Source: the human T2T-CHM13v2.0 reference genome, Homo sapiens | Length of the DNA stretch: 64,000 nt | Strand: one strand, 5' to 3' | NCBI RefSeq assembly: GCF_009914755.1 | Contig: NC_060927.1 | Position numbers and translations under genes: made by a program | Shown here: positions 15,358 to 32,900 of the stretch, in pieces | Position numbering within the stretch: position 1 is the stretch's first letter | Layout of the letters: the number at the start of each line of letters is the position of its first letter | Notes under the pieces: generated by a model | Told to the model about the DNA's origin: nothing | The model's database searches: none | What the model saw: only the letters and a program-made list of their open reading frames with translations

Positions 15358-15819
15358 GGGAATGACTGCTAATAGCTACATGGTTTCTTTGGGGAATAAT
15401 GAACATTATTTAAAATTACATCGTTTCAATGGTTGCACAGTTCTGTGCATATAATGAAAACTAAAGAATTATATACTTTAAAGGAGTGAATATTATTATG
15501 TATAAATTGTGTATCAATAAAGTTGTTAAAAAAACTCTTACACTGCAGAGATGTAAAGATGGGCAAAACATGATCACTGTTCTCATGAATATTATAATTT
15601 AGCTGAGGCATTGTTACATTTCCATAAATAATAATAAATAGTATAATTTACTCTTCATCAATTTAACAGCTGCTTTCATTAGTCCTCCCAATATGGGAAC
15701 TTAAAGAGTGAAATCAGCAATCACTGACCATGTTATGTCGTTTTCCTAAAAATTGCAGGGATCTAAAGCTCTTTCAGAATGGCAGTCCAGAGAAACTGTT
15801 AAAAAATCTACAACCAGAT

Positions 15820-16000
15820 TTGGTGAGTTCAAATCTCAGCTCTGGTATTTGCAAACTGTGCAACCATAGACAAGGTAAACATTTTGGGTCTTGGTTTCCT
15901 CATCTCTAAAATGGGAATAATAATAAGGCATGCCTCATAAGACTGTGTGAGGATTACATGAGATAACACAAGTAAAATGCTTAACCTGGTCATAATATGC
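15820..16000 (+). mobile_element. MIR
   Basis: gtttcctcatctctaaaatgggaataataata core. Confidence 0.75.
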
Positions 16001-17811
16001 ATTAACCATGACAACAACAGTATCTGCCCACGCCCGCCCCCAACAACATACTCTGTGCTTCTAAAGGGAAATGGTTATGGAAGAAGGAAGACTATGGATC
16101 ACTTACTATATCTCTAACAAAGAGCACAGGTTTTCTATACATAATGCCTAATTTAATTCTTCCAAGAGGGGTATATTTTTCCAACCTTGATGAAATTTTC
16201 CATCCCTAATCACCATTTTTCAAAGTCACACAAGAATCTATATAGCTCCTAACCACAACTTTTTGGATTATCTTTCAATAAGAAATCACAAAGTCAACAC
16301 ATTCTATAAATACCCTCATTCTAGTCATTAGCCACTAGCACGGATCCATAAGAAAATGCCTACTTATTGAAATATAATGTCTAAATTTGAGGATCTCAAT
16401 TGCCCTAATTCCATGTTAACCATGTTATTCTTCACATAATCAAAGCCTTCTATAATTAAATGAATGTGATATTTATTGAGCAAATATTATATAACTAGAT
16501 ATAAAACGAGAAATAAATTTGTATCAAGGACTAAAACAAAGCAATTACAATAGCAATTCAAAACAGATAAAAGAAAAAAGGAGTTTATGCCCATTTAACA
16601 AATACATTCGTTCTCAGTTGACATAGGCATGATAGTTCTGAAGCCTTCTCAAGTATACAGCGAAATAGTCACGAACATGTAAATTTTATTTTCACTCCCA
16701 TCAAGTATACATATGGCTACATCAAAGTAAACAAGAGGAAATACCACAGAGTGCAACATATAACTTCTTGAAAAAATAAAGAAGAATTGGGTACAATACT
16801 AAGCCTACACCAAAGAAAGGTACACTATAGTACTATCTGTGCATGGTCTTCATAGTATTGAAGAAAACTTACTGGGGCAGTAAAATTTCTAGCCACACAG
16901 CAGTATCATGTTGAAGCAGGTCTACAGAGTAAGTAGCATAAAACTGAACATATCTTTCCATTTGTTAACACATGCTTTTTTCCCTCATATTTATAGTGGT
17001 ATTTACCTTGAAGGGGTTTTAGATTTGGCATCAAAAACTCAAACATTCAAAAAGTGTCTCATGAGCAAAGGCTGAGAAACATGAGCATTTAAATATCACA
17101 TAAAATTGTATGAGGATTACATGAGACAACACATGTGTTAGCCTGGTCATAATATGGGTTCTCAGGCAGCTGATTTCACTCTTGGGACTCTGGTGTTGTT
17201 CGTAACATGCTTATGTTTTCCCCCATAAATAATGACATCAGCAGATTCCTAGAAAACTAAACTATAGCTTTGATTCCCAGCCCCTTCCATTACCTTATCT
17301 AATGTTTGCCAACGATCTCTATAACTATAAATCACAATCCAAAAATATATGGACTTGGAGCAACGGCAAAATCATTTAGACCCAGCTGATTAACTGTTAT
17401 TGCCCTCATTTCAATTAGTTCATGTTTCAGTGAGCAATTACATTCTCACATTATGTGGTACTTCTCTGGCTACAACTATAGCTCATTTTATGTTATGGAC
17501 TATATAGTTTCTAGATAGATGAGTCATAGAAATTATTTTTTTTCAGTCTCATTGTTAAGCCAAATTAGGTAGCTTTTAGAGGTGATTTTTTTTTTTAACA
17601 ACAGCAACATAAAAAACCCAATTACTAATGCTTCTAAACATTTGCTTGGAAAATGCAGACAGTGAGGAACAGAAGCCTGTGCTGATGTGATAAACCCAAG
17701 TTCTGGTCTTTACCCACACTGACTTTAAAAATAACTATCTCAATAGAATACTATATGAGGTATCAACGGTATTATCAGAAAAATAGTGGCCAATTTTTAA
17801 AAAATAAAATC

Positions 17812-18134
<323 letters not shown>

Positions 18135-18986
18135 TTATTATTATAAGTTACTTTGAATTATTATGTTATATAAAGACAATAGTCTTTAAATAGAATCTAA
18201 TAGAAATTGGGCCTTTTCAAACAAGCCTTCCTTATTTCAGAGATGTCAGGTGAGTGCTTTGCCTTCTAAGACAGTCACATTACTTTAAGCCTATAGGATT
18301 CTCATTAATCCAAGAATGCAGATTATGCCTTTGTCATCTATTCAAACTGGACCCAATGTGAGTCCAGATACAATCCAGTCAATGAATCTGTATTAGAGAT
18401 AATTTTCATTAAAAGGAAATGGATACCTTTGTTGTGACATATAAATAACAAAAGAAAAAACTGGGGAGTTTTGTTTTTGTTGTGTTTTGTTTCATGTGTA
18501 TTAAGTGAGTGTCATTATCACACAATGCTTACTGGTTCTCACTCTTGGGTTCCATCTGATTTGTCATCCCTGTCAACAGCAACTGCTGATCAAGGGCAAA
18601 GAGAGGGCAGAGGCAATCTTTATTTCCTCCATTTGGCAGCAGGGTAAGACTGCCATTAGCTTCCTGTGAGCCAGGGAAGACCTGGTGATACGATGCATGA
18701 TCCTGGAGCTCTTACAAGAAGTTTTCACCAGATACTTGCCTCTTAACCTATTTATCTAGCAGTTAGGCTCTCATTTTCTGGGAAACCCACATTTTTGCCC
18801 AGAGGGAAGCAAAGAGTCAAAGTGTTTAATTGAAGCTATTGCCTTGGCCTCCAATGGGTTTATTGTTTCAAAACAAAACAATCAAAATAAACAAACAAAA
18901 CACAGGTATTTAAATGAAGCAGTAAGGAAATCCAGAGAGCTCCTAATCTCAACACATAACATATGTTACATTTGGGTTTTGTTTTT

Positions 18987-19890
18987 GGGGAGGAGCCAAG
19001 ATGGCCGAATAGGAACAGCTCCGGTCTACAGCTCCCAGCGTGAGCGACGCAGAAGACGGGTGATTTCTGCGTTTCCATCTGAGGTACCGGGTTTATCTCA
19101 CTAGGGAGTGCCAGACAGTGGGCGCAGGTCAGTGGGTGCGCGTACCGTGCGCAAGCCGAAGCAGGGTGAGGCACTGCCTCACTTGGGAAGCGCAAGGGGC
19201 CAGGGAGTTCCCTTTCCGACTCAAAGAAAGGGGTGACGGACGCACCTGGAAAATCGGGTCACTCCCACCCGAATATTTCGCTTTTCAGACCGGCTTAAAA
19301 AAGGCGAACCACGAGATTATATCCCACACCTGGCTCAGAGGGTCCTACGCCCACGGAATCTCGCTGATTGCTAGCACAGCAGTCTGAGATCAAACTGCAA
19401 GGCGGCAACGAGGCTGGGGGAGGGGCGCCCGCCATTGCCCAGGCTTGCTTAGGTAAACAAAGCAGCTGGGAAGCTCGAACTGGGTGGAGCCCACCACAGC
19501 TCAAGGAGGCCTGCCTGCCTCTGTAGGCTCCACCTCTGGGGGCAGGGCACAGACAAACAAAAAGACAGCAGTAACCTCTGCAGACTTAAGTGTCCCTGTC
19601 TGACAGCTTTGAAGAGAGGAGTGGTTCTCCCAGCACGCAGAAGGAGATCTGAGAACCGGCAGACTGCCTCCTCAAGTGGGTCCCTGACCCCTGACCCCCG
19701 AGCACCCTAACTGGGAGGCACCCCCCAGCAGGGGCACACTGACACCTCACACTGCAGGGTATTCCAACAGACCTGCAGCTGAGGGTCCTGTCTGTTAGAA
19801 GGAAAACTAACAAACAGAAAGGACACCCACACCAAAAACCCATCTGTACATCACCATCATCAAAGAGCAAAAGTAGATAAAACCACAAAG
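18987..19890. promoter_or_regulatory. L1 5'UTR with sense promoter (YY1 site) and antisense promoter
   Basis: YY1 motif CAAGATGGCCG at ~18997-19007; CpG-rich; complete 5'UTR. Antisense promoter location is from established L1 knowledge. Confidence 0.85.
19295..19435 (-). CDS. L1 ORF0 (antisense), 46 aa, frameshifted downstream of splice donor 1
   Basis: MAGAPPPASLPPCSLISDCCASNQRDSVGVGPSEPGVGYNLVVRLF*; ATG at 19435-19433; donor CCAG|GTGTGG at 19330/19329. Confidence 0.85.
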   Translation of the reverse strand: MAGAPPPASLPPCSLISDCCASNQRDSVGVGPSEPGVGYNLVVRLF

Positions 19891-20907
19891 ATGGGGAAAA
19901 AACAGAACAGAAAAACTGGAAACTGTAAAACGCAGAGCGCCTCTCCTCCTCCAAAGGAACGCAGTTCCTCACCAGCAACGGAACAAAGCTGGATGGAGAA
20001 TGACTTTGATGAGCTGAGAGAAGAAGGCTTCAGACGATCAAATTACTCTGAGCTACGGGGGGACATTCAAACCAAAGGCAAAGAAGTTGAAAACTTTGAA
20101 AAAAATTTAGAAGAATGTATAACTAGAATAACCAATACAGAGAAGTGCTTAAAGGAGCTGATGGAGCTGAAAACCAAGGCTCGAGAACTACGTGAAGAAT
20201 GCAGAAGCCCCAGGAGCCGATGCGATCAACTGGAAGAAAGGGTATCAGCAATGGAAGATGAAATGAATGAAATGAAGCGAGAAGGGAAGTTTAGAGAAAA
20301 AAGAATAAAAAGAAATGAGCAAAGCCTCCAAGACATATGGGACTATGTGAAAAGACCAAATCTACGTCTGATTGGTGTACCTGAAAGTGATGGGGAGAAT
20401 GGAACCAAGTTGGAAAACACTCTGCAGGATATTATCCAGGAGAACTTCCCCAATCTAGCAAGGCAGGCCAACATTCAGATTCAGGAAATACAGAGAACGC
20501 CACAAAGATACTCCTCGAGAAGAGCAACTCCAAGACACATAATTGTCAGATTCACCAAAGTTCAAATGAAGGAAAAAATGTTAAGGGCAGCCAGAGAGAA
20601 AGGTCGGGTTACCCTCAAAGGGAAGCCCATCAGACTAACAGCGGATCTCTTGGCAGAAACCCTACAAGCCAGAAGAGAGTGGGGGCCAATATTCAACATT
20701 CTTAAAGAAAAGAATTTTCAACCCAGAATTTCATATCCAGCCAAACTAAGCTTCATAAGTGAAGGAGAAATAAAATACTTCACAGACAAGCAAATGCTGA
20801 GAGATTTTGTCACCACCAGGCCTGCCCTAAAAGAGCTCCTGAAGGAAGCGCTAAACATGGAAAGGAACAACCAGTACCAGCTGCTGCAAAATCATGCCAA
20901 AATGTAA
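19891..20907 (+). CDS. L1 ORF1p, full-length 338 aa
   Basis: MGKKQNRKTG...; REKG, ARRE and YPAKLS motifs intact; a few substitutions, e.g. CRSPRS in the coiled coil. Confidence 0.95.
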   Translation: MGKKQNRKTGNCKTQSASPPPKERSSSPATEQSWMENDFDELREEGFRRSNYSELRGDIQTKGKEVENFEKNLEECITRITNTEKCLKELMELKTKARELREECRSPRSRCDQLEERVSAMEDEMNEMKREGKFREKRIKRNEQSLQDIWDYVKRPNLRLIGVPESDGENGTKLENTLQDIIQENFPNLARQANIQIQEIQRTPQRYSSRRATPRHIIVRFTKVQMKEKMLRAAREKGRVTLKGKPIRLTADLLAETLQARREWGPIFNILKEKNFQPRISYPAKLSFISEGEIKYFTDKQMLRDFVTTRPALKELLKEALNMERNNQYQLLQNHAKM

Positions 20908-20955
20908 AGACCATCAAGACTAGGAAGAAACTGCATCAACTAATGAGCAAAATAA

Positions 20956-24468
<3,513 letters not shown>

Positions 24469-25738
24469 CCCAGCCATCCCATTACTGGGTGTATACCCAA
24501 AGGACTATAAATCATGCTGCTATAAAGACACATGCACACGTATGTTTATTGCGGCATTATTCACAATAGCAAAGACTTGGAACCAACCCAAATGTCCAAC
24601 AATGATAGACTGGATTAAGAAAATGTGGCAAATATACACCATGGAGTACTATGCAGCCATAAAAAATGATGAGTTCGTGTCCTTTGTAGGGACATGGATG
24701 AAATTGGAAATCATCATTCTCAGTAAACTATCGCAAGAGCAAAAAACCAAACACCACATATTCTCACTCATAGGTGGGAATTGAACAATGAGATCACATG
24801 GACACAGGAAGGGGAATATCACACTCTGGGGACTGTGGTGGGGTGGGGGGAGGGGGGAGGGATAGCATTGGGAGATATACCTAATGCTAGATGACGAGTT
24901 AGTGGGTGCAGCACACCAGCATGGCGCATGTATACATATGTAACTAACCTGCACAATGTGCACATGTACCCTAAAACTTAAAGTATAAAAAAAAAAGTTA
25001 CATTTGAAGAGAGCAATTTTTTAAATTAACCACTTTATAAAATGTTGTGCAAGAATTTTTTGTTTTGTTTTACATAAGCAAAACAGAAAATGAAACATCT
25101 AAGAAAAAAAGTGGCTTTCTAAATGCTTAAATGAATACTAACTAATGTCAATGTATGACACTTACACTAAAAGCAAGCCATGGAAAATATAAAATTCACA
25201 CAATAGGGCCTGATCAAATCTTTGGTAGTTGTCCCTTATTTCTCTTTTCAGATATAAAAAGTTAATGCTGTAGACAATGTAGAATCTACGAAAGAACACA
25301 AAGACAACAAGTACCCCCACCATCCAGAAATAAACCCTATCAACAGTTAAGTATCCAAAGTCTATGGCACCAACCCATGGCCCAGGATGAATTCTGGGAA
25401 TCTTCAGCCAAACTCTCAGCCATCAGAATTGTCACTTGTCACTTCAGGCTTCATTGTAATCAACACCAAATCATATGGTCCAATACTTTACAGAGAAAAG
25501 GTATTGCTATTTTTTACAACCACAACAGCAAGCCTGGCACTTACATGCTTCAGGTTACACAAATGCTGAAAATGAGGGTGAGAACACATCATAAAGTTTA
25601 TTGGAGAAGGCAGTACTGACTGATGCACAGTTCAAAAATCTTTACAGGGGCACGGGGAATTGAAATAGCAGAAATTATCAAAAACAATTTCTTGCCCTAG
25701 TTTTCAAGCTCTGGGTCCTTTAAAAAGTGTAATAATAA

Positions 25739-26328
<590 letters not shown>

Positions 26329-26348
26329 TGAGCAAAATACTAAAATAA

Positions 26349-26710
<362 letters not shown>

Positions 26711-28834
26711 CCATCCCACCTCTTTAAGGGGGCTGAACTGGGATTAAAACCCAGGTTTTCCTACTCTGGAAGCTAAGCTCTAAAATTTTACACTACCTGG
26801 CTTCATATCTCATTCTGCATCAAGCATGTTGTCCTCTATTCTTAGACTACTCCAGAAAGAATCATGCCTCAGGGCCTTTGCACTTGCTATTACTCCTCCC
26901 TACAACACTCTTGTCTCAGTTGGCCACTCTTTCTCAAGACAGCCCCAGTGCTTGCTCCCAAACTTCCTTCAAGAATTTGCTCCAATGTCACCTTCTTGGT
27001 AAAGAGCTTCCTAATGGCTTACTGTAAATCGTAAGCTCTTCCTCCCACCCTTGAACTACCTATCCTGCTTTATCTTTCTCCACAGCACATATCAACATCT
27101 CTGCTGGTTATTAAACTAGTGGCTTGGCTCCAAATCTACCTTTCCAAACACTCTTCTGCAATGCTCAAGTTAGGAGTCTACAAACTGTATTTCCCAGGAT
27201 TATTCTGCAATAGGGGAAAACTGAAGAAGGTGGGAGGTCAGAGTGGACTAGCTACTTCCCATATGTTTGCTGTTCCTGTCAGTATGTCCCCAGCAGAGGC
27301 CCTTCGCCCTGGCAGCATAAGTTGGTTCCAGTCTCCAACTCCCGAGTCAGTCTCATCGCATCCTAAGAGGTACCAGTGCCACCTTCTCGGACATCTGAGC
27401 TCTCTGCCACAGGGATCCCTCCTCTGAGCCTCGAGACTCAAACAACTCCAAACTCTTTATTTTGATCCTCCCACCCAACCATGCAGGCTGCTTTCTGAAG
27501 TTATTTCCTTTGTGTGACCTCAGAGCTCTCTTTCTGCTTTTTCAGATCTCCAACACCAATTCCCCATAACAGAGTCCCTCTGTTGAAAAACCTAGTATGA
27601 TTTTTGCTTTCTTGACTGGATCCCAAATGATATACTTAATATGTAATAACTTTAGATTTTTAAACAAAATTTAGAAAATAATCTTTCCACAGTAGCATTA
27701 GAACAGAGGGTTTTGTCTGTCTCATTACTGTTGAATCCTAAGCACCTGGAGTAGTATCTGGTCCATATTAGGTGCTGAATAAACATCAGCTGAATGAATG
27801 TATCCCTCTAGTTAGCAGCTTAAAACTAACCAGAAGACATTGTCTAGGTTTCAGCCTAAAGACTATCTTAACCCCAAAGGCTTCTCTGACCCTAACTAAA
27901 GTAGATCCCCTCTAGTTCTCCTTCACAGACCACTGCATAAGTCTACCACGGCACATTTTACAATCTGTAAAATGACTTTCTGTATCTGTATATTTATTTA
28001 TCTTTCTTATTCACCATAATATTAACATCATAAGAATTAGAATTGTGTCTGTCCCACTACATCTTCAGTGACTAGCGCAGGCTAGGCACGCAGTAATTGC
28101 ATGATTTTTCGTGGAAATAAAGGTACACTGGGGCTTAACTTCACGAGAAAATAATCATTTGGACATTTTATTGCTCTTCCCACAAGAAAAGGTAGGAGAT
28201 GGGAATTAGTAGTGATCTCAGTGGGATCCTGTACCCTAAATTCCTTGATGTGACTTGGAATCCCAAATAGCTGTTAAGCCAAATTTGATTTGGTGGTATT
28301 ATGAGACATTGTTATAGTCACAAATTAAAATACTTCACAAACATCGACACCATGAAAAATTAAAACCTGTGTTGAAATCCTCTATGGTTTCAGCAAATAT
28401 GTACTAAACACATACTATGTGCCAAGTAATGTTGAAGACGGTAGATGCAGCAAAAAAAAAAATAAATAAATAAACCGAGTTTACGTCTCCATGGAGTTGA
28501 TATTCTAGTCAGTAGAGATACACATTAAATAAACTAGTAAATATGCAATATGTCACTTAACGTGAGGGAGAAAAAGCAGAATAAGAGTGGTAGGAAATTT
28601 TCAATGGTAGAAGTAGAAGTAGAATTACAATTTTACATGATGAGGGAATTCCTCACTGAGAAGGTAAAATATGCACAGAGGACTAAAGGAAATGAGAGCA
28701 GGAGCCATGGGCCAGGCCTGGAAGTGTTCTAGGCACAACAGGTAACACCAAACGCAAATGTCCTGAGGCAGGAGCAAGCTATGTGTTTGAATTACAGTAA
28801 GAAGCAGAGTGGGTGGGGTAAGAGAAAGATGTTA

Positions 28835-28895
28835 TTAGGTTAGGGCAAACATAATTGCGGTTTTTGCCATTACTTTCTTTATTGCACCAACCTAA
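28835..28895. mobile_element. MADE1 (Hsmar1 MITE), internally deleted
   Basis: TTAGGTTAGGGCAAA...AATTGCGGTTTTTGCCATTACTT...TTGCACCAACCTAA with TA target duplication. Confidence 0.88.
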
Positions 28896-29018
28896 TAGAT
28901 CAGAGAGACAATGAGGACTTGACAACACAGAGAGATAGAGGCCACCATAAGGACTTTGTATCTTATGAGGAAGATGGGAAGCCACTGGAAAGTTTTCATC
29001 ACAGGAGTATCATGATCT

Positions 29019-29020
<2 letters not shown>

Positions 29021-29064
<44 letters not shown>
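29021..29064. repeat. (CA)n(TA)n microsatellite
   Basis: Directly visible. Confidence 0.95.
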
Positions 29065-29065
29065 A

Positions 29066-29353
<288 letters not shown>

Positions 29354-29479
29354 CTGACTTAGATTTTAAAGAGATCACTCCATCTACTGAATTGAGAATA
29401 AACTCTATGATGGACTAGAGTGGAAAGAGGAACAACAGTTTGGTGGTTATTACAGTAATTGAAGTTACAGATTGTGATA

Positions 29480-29935
29480 GGTTATTCTTCCCATTAAGAT
29501 GTGGAGTCCAATTCCACCCCCTGTGTATTTGTGTTGGCCTTAGTGGCTTGCTTGATTGAAGGAATAAGGCAGGCATGGTGCTGTGTTACTTCCATGGCTA
29601 GGTGAGAAGAATACTTGCAGCTTCTGCTTTGGTCCTTTGGCACGGCAGCTCTTAGAACATAACTGCCTCACTCGGAGAAAGCTGGAGAGACCCACAAGGA
29701 GAAAAAAGGAGGCTCCCAGCCAACAACCAGCACAGCTTTGCAGCAAAATGAGTTGGCCATCTTAGAAGTGGACTGGCTAGATCCCGTTGAACCACCCCAC
29801 CTACTCTTCCTGAAACAGACACAAGCCATCCCGCTGAGCCCTAGTCAAATTACAGATTCATATGCAAAATAAATGCTTATTATTTTTTAAGCCACTAAGT
29901 TTTGGAGTGATTTGTGACACAGCAACAGATAACCA
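29480..29935 (+). mobile_element. MaLR MLT1-type LTR
   Basis: 3' end aataaatg...ttaagccactaagttttggagtgatttgtgacacagcaacagataacc. Confidence 0.75.
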
Positions 29936-32900
29936 AAAAAAGAATTCACGATAGCTCAAACTAGCCGTAAGGGAAAAGATAGTTCCTAATGCACTTATGT
30001 GGAAGATCCTTCAATAATATGGTTAAGAACTTGGGGTTTTGGAGCCAGAAAAACTTATATTTGAACACAGTTGTATCACTTAACAGGTAACCCTTGGCAA
30101 ATTAATTAGTTTTCCTGAACCTCAGTCAGTTACCTCATCTGCAAATGGGAAGAGTAATGGGGCCTAGTTTCTTGAGATGTTGTGAGGTTACAAGGAGATA
30201 ATGTAGGTAAAATGCTTTGCCCCATGCCTGACACTTAATGAGTACTCAAAAAAAGTGAGCTATTAATAGGATTGATTTTTTACCATTTTAAAAATGGCAC
30301 CATATCATTCAACATTCTCAAAAATGGAAGCTTCTGTGGCACAACTCCCGGATTTCCACTACATTAAGAGGCCAGATGCAAAAAGAGTTATAGTCCCAGG
30401 AGAAACAAGAGCCACAGTTGACTAGCCATCTTCTATGCATCAACAGTGTTTATTAAGATGTCATAGGATTAACTGCCAGACTGCCTTTCAGAAGCCTTTC
30501 GTGACTTATAAACCATGGTAGTCATGGGAGCTAACTCAATATCACCAACCCTCAGCAAAATAGCTTTCCAAAATTTTAACACTATCACATCTATTTTGGC
30601 AAACATATTAGCCAATTCAGTGGAGGGCAAACTATTATGACACCAACTTAAGAGATTCTGCAAATTCAAGGAGAGGAAAAAGGGCATGATTTTATCAATC
30701 CATCCCAAATCTTGCTGCTGACAATTAGTGCAAACCCCATTATATAAGTCTAGATGTGAGATGTAATATCTACCACAGACAGTGGAAGGCACTTCAAACA
30801 GAAGGATCAATTTACCACTTTATTAACCTAAGCTTGATAACAGATCTCTGTTAGAGATACTACTCACATCCCACTTCCACTTTATTACAGAGATTACGCT
30901 GAATAGAGAACTGATTTTTAACAATAAAACTCTTTCTATGGCCTTTAGCCAGAAGCAATAAAATTCTGACCTCACAGCTATAACAAAACAGAGAAACCTC
31001 CTAGCATATATCTCTATATTAAACAACCAGCCTTCAAGATATATCACTGGAAGGATGTTGGAAAGAAATGCTGCTTTAAAAATATCAATAGCCCACGATT
31101 TAGGAGCAAGTACAAGAGATGTTTAGAATTGGTTTAATAAATATTTAAATACATATGCCAACATGCCATTAGTTTATGAAATATAGATTTCAGGGAATAT
31201 TGACTTGAGGCCTGTATTACTTACTGAGTATTAATATACAATACAATGAATATTCATGGACAATGAAAACTCACTATTTTAATGTAAATATGCATACCTG
31301 AGTTCCTGAGTGATTTATCTTCCTCTTGGGTGGTTGTTACATGGTAATAAATGTTTTATACTCTTTGCCATACATTAATGAGTCATTTCAGGCCCAAGAG
31401 CTTTATGAAAAGTTGGATGTTATGTTGTAAGGCATTAGAAAGTCATTATAGGATAACAATCAGAAAACTCAGTTTTTACAAAGAAGCTACCATTTCTCTG
31501 CTGATGCATAAACCATAGCTTTGCTATTTTAAATTATAATGGTGATTAATCTGATTGCTTATTTCAATGGGACTTAATGTATCTGGGATGTGTTCCTCTG
31601 ACATTTCTATTCTTCTTCATAGCTACATAAGCTTAAGGTAATGATGAGTTCCCAAATCTCTATTATAACAGAAAAGTAGCAATACAGAGGGAATACTATC
31701 ACAGAGGAAAAAAATCCAAACGGAATTTCATACCCTCCTTCACTCTTACAATGGCCTTCACCAAGAGCAGTATTTTCTGCCACAACATGGCCTAAAAGTG
31801 TTAACATATATCCAGCAATAATGAGATATGAGTCAAATAATGTCAAAAAGCACTGAGTTCAACCCAATTAAAAAGAATTCTTCACTGCAAGACTTCTCAA
31901 AGGTGTTGAATATGCTGATATTAATTGAGAGTTTCCAAAAAGAATAAACTATGCTGTGTTTACCCAACTCTTTCTTCACGGAGCATTTCATAGGACTAGT
32001 GTTCTATAAGCACAAGCATAGGCTGCTGGAGTTTAAGTACCACTTTCCCTAATCTCATAGGTAACTTACTTGGGTTTTTAAAGGATCTCTAAATCAAGAA
32101 AGGATTCCTGTTCTCATTTTCTCCCCTACATAAAGCCAAGTTCAGGATGAAATCTCACAATGATGTATGAGAAAGGGTACACTTTCTAGACCCAGTGTAC
32201 AACAACAAATACAAATTTAATTACATCACTTACCGGTTTAAAGTCCCTCCAGTAGCTTCCCAAACTCTACACAGTAAAACACAAATTCTGTCAATCAAGC
32301 TTTTGAAAGTTTCTTTATGACCTCCTCATCGTTTCTTCCCCAGTCATAGGTGTCAGTACTCAAGACTTCAATTTGGGTACTTTTAGCTCCCCACAAACCT
32401 CTCCCCAAAGTAAATGCTTCAAAGGCAGACAAGCCCTGGCTAATTTAGCTGAATGTGGTACTTCTGGCACTTAGTTTGATTGTCTGCACTTGGAGATTCT
32501 ATACCTATAATTCCACTACCAAAAAAATATTTATGCCACCAATTCCTGCTGCAGTAGGGGTGGGAAGACTCCCGTATGTTTTTTTGGCTTCAGGCTCAGC
32601 TTACACATCACTTCCTCCAGGAACCTTGTCTGATACAAAAAGGTTGGGCTTAGTATCATTACTATGGGTTCTCATAGCATTCATTCCTTTCCCACACTTT
32701 AGAATATCCCACTCTCCATTGGAATGACACCCTTACTGATCTCCTCAACCAGAATGTATATTTCCTGGGTGCTAAAGATGGAGTCTAAGCACACATATTA
32801 TGTTTGCCAGAGTCTTTTATACCACAGTCAACCAATAAAATACATATAATCTTACTGTGTATGATACTATTACCATATTAGCCAATTATTATTGAACTAA

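Noticed and set aside
19240-19250. ORF0 splice donor 2 (CCAG|GTGCGT) as a fusion donor
   Set aside because: It lies downstream of the premature ORF0 stop at 19295-19297, so it cannot give an ORF0 fusion.
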